A DNA stretch of 64,000 nt, from NCBI GenBank assembly GCA_001781445.1, contig MFLB01000034.1:17793-81792 (forward strand), given 5' to 3'. Position 1 is the stretch's first letter, and the number at the start of each line of letters is the position of its first letter. Under the pieces are notes generated by a model, which was given only the letters and a program-made list of their open reading frames with translations, did not search any database and was not told where the DNA came from. The translations under genes and the position numbers were made by a program. Below, one piece after another: positions 55,992-64,000 of the stretch. Source of the stretch: Candidatus Kaiserbacteria bacterium RIFCSPHIGHO2_01_FULL_58_22. GTDB lineage: Bacteria; Patescibacteriota; Minisyncoccia; Phycocordibacterales; UBA2100.

Positions 55992-56071
55992 AGCTGACAG
56001 TTTACAGATTACAGTTTACGGCAAAATACGGCGATATTGACTGTTCACTGTTAACTGTTCACTGTTAACTT
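55991..56071 (-). repeat. Inverted heptamer array downstream of dnaJ
   Basis: + strand TAGCTGA CAGTTTA CAGATTA CAGTTTA ... TTGACTG TTCACTG TTAACTG TTCACTG TTAACTT. Confidence 0.9.
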
Positions 56072-56074
56072 TCT

Positions 56075-57178
56075 CTACAGCCCTTCTTCGCTCCGGAGCT
56101 TTTCGACGAGATCGCGGGCGCCTTTTGAAAGTTTCTTCGGGAATTCTATCTCGATCCGCACGAGAAAGTCTCCCCGCGCTCCCCTGCCGTAGGGCACGCC
56201 CTTGCTCCGGATGCGCAGGGTCTCTCCGTGCGAGACGCCCGCCGGCACCTTCAGCATCTCTTCGCCGTCGAGCGTGTGGAGGCGGTATTCGCCGCCGAGG
56301 AGCGCGTCGGTGAGCTTAATGGGAAGAATGGTCAGGATATTATTTCCCTCGCGCGAAAAATTCACGTCGGGCTTCACGTGGAGCTTCACGTACAGATCGC
56401 CCGGATTGCCGCCGGGCGCCGCTTCGCCACGTCCGGGCATGCGGATCATTTCTCCGTCGGAGACGCCCGCCGGTATGGAAATGCGTATCTCTTCTTCGCG
56501 CTTCGCGACGCCTTCGCCGCGGCATGCTTCGCACGGCGTTTCCGGCGTCTCGCCCTTGCCGCGGCAGTGCGGGCAGACGCGTGTCGAAGTGAAGGTGCCG
56601 AAGAAGGAATTGCGCGTCTCGCGGATGTCACCCTTGCCGTTGCAGGCCATGCAGGCAACGATCTTCGAGCCTTTCTGCGCGCCCGTGCCGCCACAGACCG
56701 TACATGCGGCAACCTTCGCGATGAGAACGCGGCGTTCGGAACCGAAAATAGCCTCGCGGAACGGCAATTCGATGTCTATCGAAATGTCGCGCCCTCTCGC
56801 GCGGCCCCGTGGCGAGCCGCCGAAAAACTCGCCGAACACGTCTCCGAGATCGAACTCGAACGCCTGTCCGCCGCCGAAGCCGAAACCTTGCCCTCCGAAG
56901 GAGGGTCCGCCTCCGGCGGAGAAATTGGAAAAGTCGAAACCGCCGAAGCCGGGGCCCTGCGCCCCGCCGCCCGCGAAGGTGCGGCCGTAGGTGTCGTATT
57001 CGGCGCGTCGCTTCTTGTCGGAGAGCACGGCGTACGCCTCGCTCACCTCCTTGAACTTCTTCTCGTCGCCTCCCTTCTTGTCGGGATGGTACTTGTGCGC
57101 GAGCTTCCTGAACGCGCTCTTGATGTCTTCCTCGCTTGCTCCTTTCTGAACGCCGAGGACCTGGTAGTAGTCTTTCAT
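56075..57178 (-). CDS. dnaJ: Chaperone DnaJ
   Basis: HPD, G/F region, four CxxCxGxG. Confidence 0.97.
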   Translation of the reverse strand: MKDYYQVLGVQKGASEEDIKSAFRKLAHKYHPDKKGGDEKKFKEVSEAYAVLSDKKRRAEYDTYGRTFAGGGAQGPGFGGFDFSNFSAGGGPSFGGQGFGFGGGQAFEFDLGDVFGEFFGGSPRGRARGRDISIDIELPFREAIFGSERRVLIAKVAACTVCGGTGAQKGSKIVACMACNGKGDIRETRNSFFGTFTSTRVCPHCRGKGETPETPCEACRGEGVAKREEEIRISIPAGVSDGEMIRMPGRGEAAPGGNPGDLYVKLHVKPDVNFSREGNNILTILPIKLTDALLGGEYRLHTLDGEEMLKVPAGVSHGETLRIRSKGVPYGRGARGDFLVRIEIEFPKKLSKGARDLVEKLRSEEGL

Positions 57179-57292
57179 ACGCTACATTATATGGGTACTG
57201 CATGATTACGCAAATCATTCTTTCTCGCGCTGTATGAAGATGTGCACAGCTGAACAAATATTCATACAGGCAAAATGCCTGCCTTATATGGC

Positions 57293-57325
57293 AGGTTAAA
57301 CCTACTAGGAGAGGTTAAACCTACT
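57293..57325. repeat. 14-bp direct repeat AGGTTAAACCTACT x2 with palindromic core
   Basis: 57293-57306 and 57312-57325; second copy overlaps dnaK stop. Confidence 0.75.
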
Positions 57326-59198
57326 GGGATTTAGGCGGTTCCTCGGGAGGTGTTTGCTTGTTTCCCGGTTGGTCGCTGGGAGGCGGAGTCTGTTGCTGGT
57401 TTTGTGACATCGCCTGCCCTATCGCGCTCATCGCGGTTGAAAGCGCTTCGGAAGCGGATTTAATCGCGGCGGCGTCCGTGCCGTTTCTTGAAGATTTGAG
57501 AGCGTCTATTTTTTCCTGCACGTTCTTCTTTATGTCCTCGCTCACTTTGTCGCCATGTTCTTTGAGCGCCTTTTCTGCGGCATAGGCAAGCTGGTCGGCG
57601 GCGTTCTGCGCTTCCACGAGCTCTTTCTTCCGCTTGTCGGATTCCGCGTTCGCCTCCGCGTCCTTTTTCATCTTCTCCACTTCCGCCTCCGAAAGGCCGG
57701 AGCGCGCCTCGATGCGGATGGATTGCTCCTTGCCGCTCGTTTTGTCTTTGGCTTTCACGCTCAAAATGCCGTTGGCATCGATGTCGAAGGAGACCTCGAC
57801 TTGCGGCACGCCGCGCGGCGCGGGCGGGATGCCGTCGAGGTTGAAGCGGCCGAGCGATTTGTTGTCGGATGCCATGGGCCGCTCGCCCTGCACGACGTGT
57901 ATCTCGACGGACGGCTGGTTGTCGGAGGCTGTCGAGAAGAGCTGGGAGCGGGAGGTCGGTATCGTCGTGTTGCGCTCGATGAGATGCGTCGCGACGCCGC
58001 CGAGGGTCTCGATGCCCAAGCTCAACGGGATGACATCGAGAAGAAGTACGTCCTTCACGTCGCCACGCAGGATGCCGCCCTGTATCGCCGCGCCGATCGC
58101 TACGACCTCGTCGGGGTTCACGCCCATGTGCGGCTTCTTGCCGAAGAGTTTTTCGACCGCCTGCTGGATGGCTGGCATGCGGGTCTGGCCGCCGACGAGC
58201 ACGACCTCGTTGATGTCGCCCGTCTTGAAGGGAGAGGCTTCCATCGCGCGCTTCGCGATCGCCATCGCGCGCTCGATGAACTCGGAAGAGAGCTCCTCGA
58301 GCTTCGCGCGGCTCATCTTGAGGAGCAGGTGGCGCGGGCCAGAAGAGTCGGAAGTGATGAACGGGACGTTTATCTCGGTGTCGACGGCCGTCGAGAGCTC
58401 TATCTTCGCTTTTTCGGCCGCTTCGTCGAGGCGCTGGCGCGCGAGAGGGTCGTTGAGGACGTCGATGCCGGATTCTTTTTTGAACTCTCCGGCTATCCAC
58501 GCCATGATCTTCTGATCGAGATCCTTGCCGCCGAGGTGCGCGTCGCCGTCGGTCGAGCGGACCTCAATGACGTCGTCGCCGACCTCCAATACCGATATGT
58601 CGAACGTGCCGCCGCCGAAGTCGAAAACGGCTATCTTTTCGTTCTTCTTTTTGTTGAACCCGTACGCGAGCGCCGCCGCCGTCGGCTCGTTGATGATGCG
58701 CTTCACGTCGAGGCCCGCGATCTTTCCCGCGTCTTTCGTTGCCTGCCGCTGGGAGTCGTTGAAGTAGGCCGGGACGGTGATGACCGCCTCCGTGATAGTC
58801 TCGCCGAGGCGCGCTTCCGCGTCGGCTTTTAATTTCTGCAGTATCATCGCGGAGATCTCCTCCGGGCGGTGCCATGTTTCGCCCATCTTCACCTCGATGC
58901 CGCCGTTCGCGCTTTTTTGCGTTTCGAAAGGCACCGCCGCGCGGTCTTTCGCGACGGCGGGTTCGTCGAAGGTATGGCCGATGAACCGCTTTATCTGGTA
59001 GACCGTGTTCTTCGGGTTCGTGACGGCCTGCCGCTTCGCGAGGAGTCCCACAAGGCGCTCCCCCGTTTTCGAGACGGCGACGACGGAAGGCGTCGTACGC
59101 GCGCCTTCGGCGTTCTCTATGATCTCCGGCTCTCCGGCCATAACGGCCGCCATCGCGGAGTTGGTCGTTCCGAGGTCTATTCCGAGGATTTTTGACAT
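57321..59198 (-). CDS. dnaK: Chaperone DnaK
   Basis: [32 protein letters not shown]. Confidence 0.98.
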   Translation of the reverse strand: MSKILGIDLGTTNSAMAAVMAGEPEIIENAEGARTTPSVVAVSKTGERLVGLLAKRQAVTNPKNTVYQIKRFIGHTFDEPAVAKDRAAVPFETQKSANGGIEVKMGETWHRPEEISAMILQKLKADAEARLGETITEAVITVPAYFNDSQRQATKDAGKIAGLDVKRIINEPTAAALAYGFNKKKNEKIAVFDFGGGTFDISVLEVGDDVIEVRSTDGDAHLGGKDLDQKIMAWIAGEFKKESGIDVLNDPLARQRLDEAAEKAKIELSTAVDTEINVPFITSDSSGPRHLLLKMSRAKLEELSSEFIERAMAIAKRAMEASPFKTGDINEVVLVGGQTRMPAIQQAVEKLFGKKPHMGVNPDEVVAIGAAIQGGILRGDVKDVLLLDVIPLSLGIETLGGVATHLIERNTTIPTSRSQLFSTASDNQPSVEIHVVQGERPMASDNKSLGRFNLDGIPPAPRGVPQVEVSFDIDANGILSVKAKDKTSGKEQSIRIEARSGLSEAEVEKMKKDAEANAESDKRKKELVEAQNAADQLAYAAEKALKEHGDKVSEDIKKNVQEKIDALKSSRNGTDAAAIKSASEALSTAMSAIGQAMSQNQQQTPPPSDQPGNKQTPPEEPPKSQ

Positions 59199-59220
59199 AC
59201 CATTTAGAGAAAATTAGCGG

Positions 59221-59769
59221 TTAATGCGGGGAAGATTTTAATACAACCTGCGCGGGACGCAAGACCCGCGCCTTTGTGCGGTATCCGTAGCGCAATATAC
59301 GCACGACGGAGTTCGGCTCTCCTGGAACGTCATCGACGCCTTGAACCGCCTCGTGAATTTTGGCGTCGAACATCTCTCCTACCTTTCCGTAGCGTTCTAT
59401 CCCGTGCTGGCGGAGAGCCTCGATGAGCTGGTCGCGCACATGCTCCATGCCGCTCTTCCAGCCGTCGGAGACCTCCGCCCACACCTCGCTTCCAGCCGCC
59501 ATGTCGAAGCCATCGAGCGCGGGGATGATGTCGTGCACCAGCGCCTCGCGTAAAAGTTCCGCGCTCCGCGCTGCCCGCGTTTCCGCATCCTTCTTCGCGT
59601 TTATCGCGTCGGCCTTGCACCTCTGCCAGCCGTCGAGGTATTCCTGCCGTTCTTTCTTCACTTTCTCAAGCTCGTCGCGAAGTTTCTTTAGCTTCGCCTG
59701 CGCGGCGCCGAGGTCGCCAAGCTCCTCCTCGGGCTCAAACTGCACGTCGTCTTCTTGAGCATCGTTCAT
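59221..59769 (-). CDS. grpE: Nucleotide exchange factor GrpE
   Basis: ADAIN, FD..IHEAV, GY...VLRPAQV. Confidence 0.93.
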   Translation of the reverse strand: MNDAQEDDVQFEPEEELGDLGAAQAKLKKLRDELEKVKKERQEYLDGWQRCKADAINAKKDAETRAARSAELLREALVHDIIPALDGFDMAAGSEVWAEVSDGWKSGMEHVRDQLIEALRQHGIERYGKVGEMFDAKIHEAVQGVDDVPGEPNSVVRILRYGYRTKARVLRPAQVVLKSSPH

Positions 59770-59833
59770 GACGAGAGCGAGTGTATCACACTCGCGACAT
59801 CAAAAAAAGAATCGGAAATCAGAATCGGAAATC

Positions 59834-60154
59834 CTATTTCGCGTCCGTGTCGGGAACCAGAGTATCGAGTAATTTCAGATCTTCGTCAGTAAGATATTCT
59901 CCAGTCACGTATTTATTGAGCAGATCGAGTTCTTCGATAGTTAACATCCTTCCTTTCGGGTCGCCGATATTGTAGAGCGCACGCGTCACGTAGAGGTGTC
60001 GAATCCTCGGATTCTCGATCTTCAGCGACTCTTCTCGTATGAGAGCGTAAGGATTTTCAACTTCTTTATCCAAAAAATTGTATTCAAGCCTGTCTGCGCT
60101 GACTGACAATCCTTTCTGGGATCGTACTGGTCCTTCGTTGGGCTTTTCTTTCAT
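59834..60154 (-). CDS. Hypothetical protein, lower GC
   Basis: 106-aa ORF between rpsI and grpE; 13-bp tandem AGAATCGGAAATC x2 abuts its stop. Confidence 0.5.
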   Translation of the reverse strand: MKEKPNEGPVRSQKGLSVSADRLEYNFLDKEVENPYALIREESLKIENPRIRHLYVTRALYNIGDPKGRMLTIEELDLLNKYVTGEYLTDEDLKLLDTLVPDTDAK

Positions 60155-60190
60155 ATGCGGATATCGGGACGCATTATTTTTAACGGAGGG

Positions 60191-60589
60191 CTAGCGTTTG
60201 CTCCACTGCGGAGCGCGACGCGCCGCTTTGAGGCCGAACTTCTTGCGCTCTTTCCCGCGCGGGTCGCGCTTGAGGAAACCGCGCACTTTGAGGTCTTTTC
60301 GCTGTTCGGGAACGACTTCCGCCATCGCGCGGGAAAGCCCCATGCGTATCGCCTCGGCCTGTGCCTTGAGGCCGCCGCCGCGGACTTTCGCCGAAACGGC
60401 GTAGTGTGCGCCTAGCGCCGAGAGAGGCGCGTAGGCGGTCTGTACCATATCCTGAAGCGGAAAATACGCGTCGGCGGACTTGCCGTTGACTATCATGGAC
60501 GCGCTTTTGGCCGCCTCGATGCGCACGCGCGCGGTCGCGGTTTTCCTCCGTCCAATTGCTTCCGTATATCGCTCTGGTTTTGTTACCAT
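60191..60589 (-). CDS. rpsI: 30S ribosomal protein S9
   Basis: GRRKTA.ARV, ERKKFGLKAARRAPQWSKR. Confidence 0.97.
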   Translation of the reverse strand: MVTKPERYTEAIGRRKTATARVRIEAAKSASMIVNGKSADAYFPLQDMVQTAYAPLSALGAHYAVSAKVRGGGLKAQAEAIRMGLSRAMAEVVPEQRKDLKVRGFLKRDPRGKERKKFGLKAARRAPQWSKR

Positions 60590-60612
60590 GATTCTTTTTT
60601 AGAAGCCGGCGG

Positions 60613-60960
60613 TCAGTCGCTGATTATAAGATTTTTCATACGAGAAGTACGGAATGTATTGCGAGGAAGCATACGTTCTACCGCTCGGCGAAGCGGCATT
60701 CCAGGCCCCCGGCGCTTCGAGAGCATCGTGAAGCTCTCTTTGCGCTGGCCGCTCGGGTAGCCCGAGTATGTCTTATATATTTTTTGCGTACGCTTTTTTT
60801 CAGGCATGGAGAGCTTGGCGGCGTTGGTTATTCTCACCTGCACGTCTGAGCGTATGTGCGGCGTGTAGTCGGGAGAAGTCTTGCCCATGAGCGCTTTGGC
60901 CGCTTCCGAGGCGACTCTGCCGAGGCTTTTCCCCGATGCGTCAATGGTGTATTCAGACAT
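60613..60960 (-). CDS. rplM: 50S ribosomal protein L13
   Basis: IDA.GK.LGR.AS, YTPH, SGYP.G, MLP.N. Confidence 0.94.
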   Translation of the reverse strand: MSEYTIDASGKSLGRVASEAAKALMGKTSPDYTPHIRSDVQVRITNAAKLSMPEKKRTQKIYKTYSGYPSGQRKESFTMLSKRRGPGMPLRRAVERMLPRNTFRTSRMKNLIISD

Positions 60961-60978
60961 AAAACTATTGACCGTAGG

Positions 60979-61332
60979 CTATTTGATGAATTCGATTCGA
61001 GCCATTTCCCCCACGCGCTTCCCTACTCGGCCTAGTCGGACGATGCGCGTATACCCTCCCGCGCGTTTGGTGTAGCGGGTCGCGAGCTCTCGTAGCTTTC
61101 GCTCTGTGTCCAGGGCTCCACCGAGCCGCTCGACTACAATGTGACTTGCGGCGAGGGTTCCCTTTTTGCTTGTCGTAATCAGGCGCTCCACATACGGACG
61201 AAGCGCTTTCGCCTTGGCGGTCGTCGTCGTGATGCCTTCGGAGAGAACGAGCGAGCGGGCGAGAGAGCGCAAGAGCGCGGTCCGTTGGCCCTTTTCGCGT
61301 CCGAGTTTTCTGTTGCGATCGTGATGCCGCAT
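60979..61332 (-). CDS. rplQ: 50S ribosomal protein L17
   Basis: MRH...KLGR, TT.AKAK, GGYTRI. Confidence 0.96.
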   Translation of the reverse strand: MRHHDRNRKLGREKGQRTALLRSLARSLVLSEGITTTTAKAKALRPYVERLITTSKKGTLAASHIVVERLGGALDTERKLRELATRYTKRAGGYTRIVRLGRVGKRVGEMARIEFIK

Positions 61333-61333
61333 G

Positions 61334-62305
61334 TTATTGCCTGAGCGTCAGTCCGAGATTCGAGAGCGCGCGCTTGATGTCCTGCAGGCCCTTCTGGCCG
61401 AGGCCTTCGATGGAGAGAAGATCATCCTCGCGTTTGCGAACGAGGCCGCCGACGGTGCGGATGGACGCGTTGTCGAGCGCGGCTTCGACGCGCTGGGGAA
61501 GCGCGAGTTCCGTGATGCGCGTCTTCAGCATCTCGGCGTCGACGGCGGCTCCCTTCTCGTGGCGGGCGCTCGCGAGCGAGGGCTCCGTGGCGTCTCCCGC
61601 CTCGGCGCTCTCTTCTTCCTTGAAGCCGACGATCGCCTTGAGCTGGTGGATCATCGTTTCTATCGCCCGTTCGAGCGCTTCGCGGGGCTCCATGGTGCCG
61701 TCGGTCTCGATGAGGATGCGGAGGCGGTTGAAATCGGTCCGGTCGCCGACGCGCATGTTCTCCACTTCGTAGTTGACGCGGCGTATCGGACTGAATATCG
61801 CGTCGAGCGCGATGGTGCCGACCTCGACGCGGTCTTTCTGGTGCGATTCCTTCGGGATGTAGCCGAGGCCCTTCTCGGCCCGCATCTCAAGTTCGAGCGA
61901 CGCTTTTCCTGTCATCTCCGCGATGTGGCTCTCCGGATTCAGTATCTCCACTTGCCCCGGCGCCTTGAGATCGGCGGCGGTAACGGCGCGCGGGCCTTTC
62001 GCGGAGAGAGTGATGGTCTGGGCCTCGTCGGTCGCGATCTTGAGTCGGATCTTGCGGATGTTCAGCAAAATGGTCACGACGTCTTCCTTCACGCCCTCGA
62101 TGGTCGAGAATTCGTGCGAAACGCCGGGGATCTTCACGTGCGTTATCGCGGCGCCGGGAAGCGAGGAGAGGATAATGCGCCGCAGGGAGTTGCCCAGCGT
62201 GTAGCCGTAGCCGGGATAGAGGCCGTCTATCTCGTACGTGCCGCTGTGTCCCGACTCCGAGACGACGCGCGGCTTGGAGGGAAGGGCTATGTGATAATCG
62301 GACAT
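61334..62305 (-). CDS. rpoA: RNA polymerase alpha subunit
   Basis: GYGYTLGNSLRR.LSSLPG, HEFSTI.GVKED, DAIFSP. Confidence 0.97.
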   Translation of the reverse strand: MSDYHIALPSKPRVVSESGHSGTYEIDGLYPGYGYTLGNSLRRIILSSLPGAAITHVKIPGVSHEFSTIEGVKEDVVTILLNIRKIRLKIATDEAQTITLSAKGPRAVTAADLKAPGQVEILNPESHIAEMTGKASLELEMRAEKGLGYIPKESHQKDRVEVGTIALDAIFSPIRRVNYEVENMRVGDRTDFNRLRILIETDGTMEPREALERAIETMIHQLKAIVGFKEEESAEAGDATEPSLASARHEKGAAVDAEMLKTRITELALPQRVEAALDNASIRTVGGLVRKREDDLLSIEGLGQKGLQDIKRALSNLGLTLRQ

Positions 62306-62378
62306 ATGTTCATGTGCGGACCTATTGGTAATTGAACACAAAAAACGCGTAAAAACGCTCGCGAGTATACACCAGATC

Positions 62379-62990
62379 TTATCTGCTGTAAAACTCGAAC
62401 AGCGTCGGGTAATCCAGCGCGGTCTCGGCCGGAACGTACGACGGCTCTCCTCCGACTTCGATCGTCAGGGCTCCGGGGTCGTACGAAAGCCACTGCGGCG
62501 CGGCGCGCGAAGCCTCCTGCCCTTCCTCCGTGAGCCGCGCGAAGAGCGGGCTCCGCTTGCTTCCCTCGCGGATAGAGATCGTGTCGCCTTTCTTCGCTCG
62601 GTGCGAGGGCGTCGTTGTGCGCTTTCCGTTGATGAGCACGTGGCCGTGGGAGACGAGCTGGCGCGCCGCCCGCCGCGTGGGTGCGATGCCGGCGCGGTAT
62701 ATCACGCTGTCGAGGCGCATTTCGAGCATCCGATGGAGGCTCCCGGAAGGGTCCGCCGCCCGGTACGCCTCCTTGGCGTAGTTTCCGAGCTGGCGCTCGG
62801 AGATGCCGTACGTGTAGCGCACGCGCTGTTTTTCGAGAAGCTGGCGGCCGTAGTCGCCCCCGCCGCGTCCGCCGCGCCTGACCTTCTTGACGCGCGCTTC
62901 CGAAAGCGCGAACTTTTGGGTCTGCGTCTGCTCGAAGATGCCGGCGCCGAGGCGCTTCGCTATTTTGTATTTGGATTTTACGGGCAACAT
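62379..62990 (-). CDS. rpsD: 30S ribosomal protein S4
   Basis: QLLEKQ, LEMRLD, ARQLVSHGH, EFYSR. Confidence 0.96.
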   Translation of the reverse strand: MLPVKSKYKIAKRLGAGIFEQTQTQKFALSEARVKKVRRGGRGGGDYGRQLLEKQRVRYTYGISERQLGNYAKEAYRAADPSGSLHRMLEMRLDSVIYRAGIAPTRRAARQLVSHGHVLINGKRTTTPSHRAKKGDTISIREGSKRSPLFARLTEEGQEASRAAPQWLSYDPGALTIEVGGEPSYVPAETALDYPTLFEFYSR

Positions 62991-62999
62991 ATCAGACAG

Positions 63000-63095
63000 G
63001 CGAATAGCGAACAGCGAATAGCGAATAGATCTCCTGAATTGACCACTTAATTTTAGTTTTCATACTATTCACTTTTCGCTTTTCTCTATTAACTA
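63000..63095 (-). repeat. Inverted heptamer array between rpsK and rpsD
   Basis: + strand GCGAATA GCGAACA GCGAATA GCGAATA ... CTATTCA CTTTTCG CTTTTCT CTATTAA CTA(stop). Confidence 0.88.
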
Positions 63096-63527
63096 GACCC
63101 GACGTGGTTTAGGCGGACGCGGGCCGTTGTGCGGCACCGGGGTTTCGTCCGCGATGCGGGTTACCTCGATGCCCTTTCCCGCGAATCCGCGGAGCGCTGA
63201 TTCGCGGCCCGCGCCGACTCCGCGGATGACGACGTCGACTTCCTTGACGCCGATGATCGCCGCCTTGTCGCCCACGAGCTCCCCCACTTTGGCGGCCGCG
63301 AACGGCGTGCCCTTCTTCGCTCCCGAAAATCCGAGCGCGCCGGAGGAAGACCATGCGACGGCGTTCCCCTCCTTGTCCGCGAGCAGGACCTTGGTGTTGT
63401 TGTAGGTCGCATGGATGTGGAGGGTTCCCGACAGGATGTTTTTTTTCGCGACGCGGGCCAACGACCTCGACTTGAGCCCTTGGTCGACCGTACCGCCCGA
63501 TTTGCGTATTATGCGCTTTTTTCCCAT
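63093..63527 (-). CDS. rpsK: 30S ribosomal protein S11
   Basis: ATYNNT, KKGTPFAA, TPVPHNG.RPPK.RRV. Confidence 0.97.
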   Translation of the reverse strand: MGKKRIIRKSGGTVDQGLKSRSLARVAKKNILSGTLHIHATYNNTKVLLADKEGNAVAWSSSGALGFSGAKKGTPFAAAKVGELVGDKAAIIGVKEVDVVIRGVGAGRESALRGFAGKGIEVTRIADETPVPHNGPRPPKPRRV

Positions 63528-63571
63528 GTTAGTTTTTCTTAACGAATGAAATGAGTTTAGAAACAACTTGC

Positions 63572-63622
63572 ACCCAGCCCCAGTTTTGGGTAAGTTTCAA
63601 TTCATCAAAACTGGGGCTGGGT
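63572..63622. repeat. 17-bp perfect inverted repeat with 17-nt loop
   Basis: ACCCAGCCCCAGTTTTG / CAAAACTGGGGCTGGGT between rpsM and rpsK. Confidence 0.9.
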
Positions 63623-63659
63623 TAAGAATATGTAATTCGCTTCGCTCATAACATCTTTT

Positions 63660-64000
63660 TTATGTTTTCTCCAACTTCCTGCGACCCGATGTCATCGTTT
63701 TTCGCACATTGCCGCGCACCGTGCGCGAGTTGGTCTTGGTGCGCTGGCCGCGAGCCGGCAATTTCTTCGCGTGCCGGACGCCGCGATGAGACTTGATGTC
63801 CTTGAGGCGCCGTATGTTGCCGCTCACCTCGCGGCGCAATTCCCCTTCTATCTTGTGCTTCTCGATCGCCTCCCGGAGCGCGGTCTCTTCCGATGCGGAA
63901 AGCTCGTTCGGACGCTTGCCGGGCTCTATGCCGAGCGTCGAGAGTACGGCGAGCGCGCGCGGCCTCCCCACGCCGTAGATCGAAGTAAGCGCTATCTCAA
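63660..64000 (-). CDS. rpsM: 30S ribosomal protein S13 (5' end outside window)
   Basis: LPARGQRTKTNSRT; frame open to window edge. Confidence 0.96.
   Translation of the reverse strand, partial: EIALTSIYGVGRPRALAVLSTLGIEPGKRPNELSASEETALREAIEKHKIEGELRREVSGNIRRLKDIKSHRGVRHAKKLPARGQRTKTNSRTVRGNVRKTMTSGRRKLEKT

Noticed and set aside
59776-59794. CIRCE element upstream of grpE
   Set aside because: GCGAGTGT-ATC-ACACTCGC does not match TTAGCACTC-N9-GAGTGCTAA, and no hrcA is in the window.
1-64000. Many long overlapping or antisense ORFs (e.g. 12571-13830, 16764-18095, 27323-28699, 28759-30309, 57555-58832)
   Set aside because: They shadow well-supported genes, lack motifs and are expected from GC-rich codon bias.
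1-64000. CRISPR array, tRNA or rRNA genes
   Set aside because: No repeat-spacer periodicity, cas genes or cloverleaf/rRNA-like tracts recognised; heptamer arrays have no spacers.
1-64000. Alternative genetic code (TGA read as Gly or Trp)
   Set aside because: TGA ends conserved genes at expected positions, including ATGA overlaps in the his operon.

Overview
GC-rich bacterial chromosome segment using the standard genetic code. Gene content and style suggest Patescibacteria/CPR (Parcubacteria-like); this is inference from the short archaeal-type AspRS, a single Xer gene, compact rpsM-rpsK-rpsD-rpoA-rplQ-rplM-rpsI order and near-leaderless promoters. Left to right: a CsoR-controlled copper/metal locus with two operator boxes, interrupted by a 39-bp-direct-repeat-bounded segment carrying AbiEi/AbiEii; thrA-asd and gdhA; a complete histidine operon led by a YerC/HisR-type regulator, with a C-terminally short HisG, a HisA-HisF fusion and a MITE-like insert between hisH and hisA; a candidate Cys-rich leader-peptide attenuator between two 40-aa membrane peptides; cysS; a Xer gene with a dif-like site where coding strand switches; cell-wall genes and scpAB; a RAYT/REP-bounded block with truncated typA and GH18 fragments; aspS, trpS and a HepT/MntA pair; a sensor kinase and an amidinotransferase-EamA pair; grpE-dnaK-dnaJ; and ribosomal protein/rpoA genes. 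The most striking unexplained structure is a family of 7-bp-periodic inverted arrays at gene junctions, phased with stop and start codons. No rRNA, tRNA or CRISPR array was recognised. All calls come from reading motifs by eye; no searches were run.
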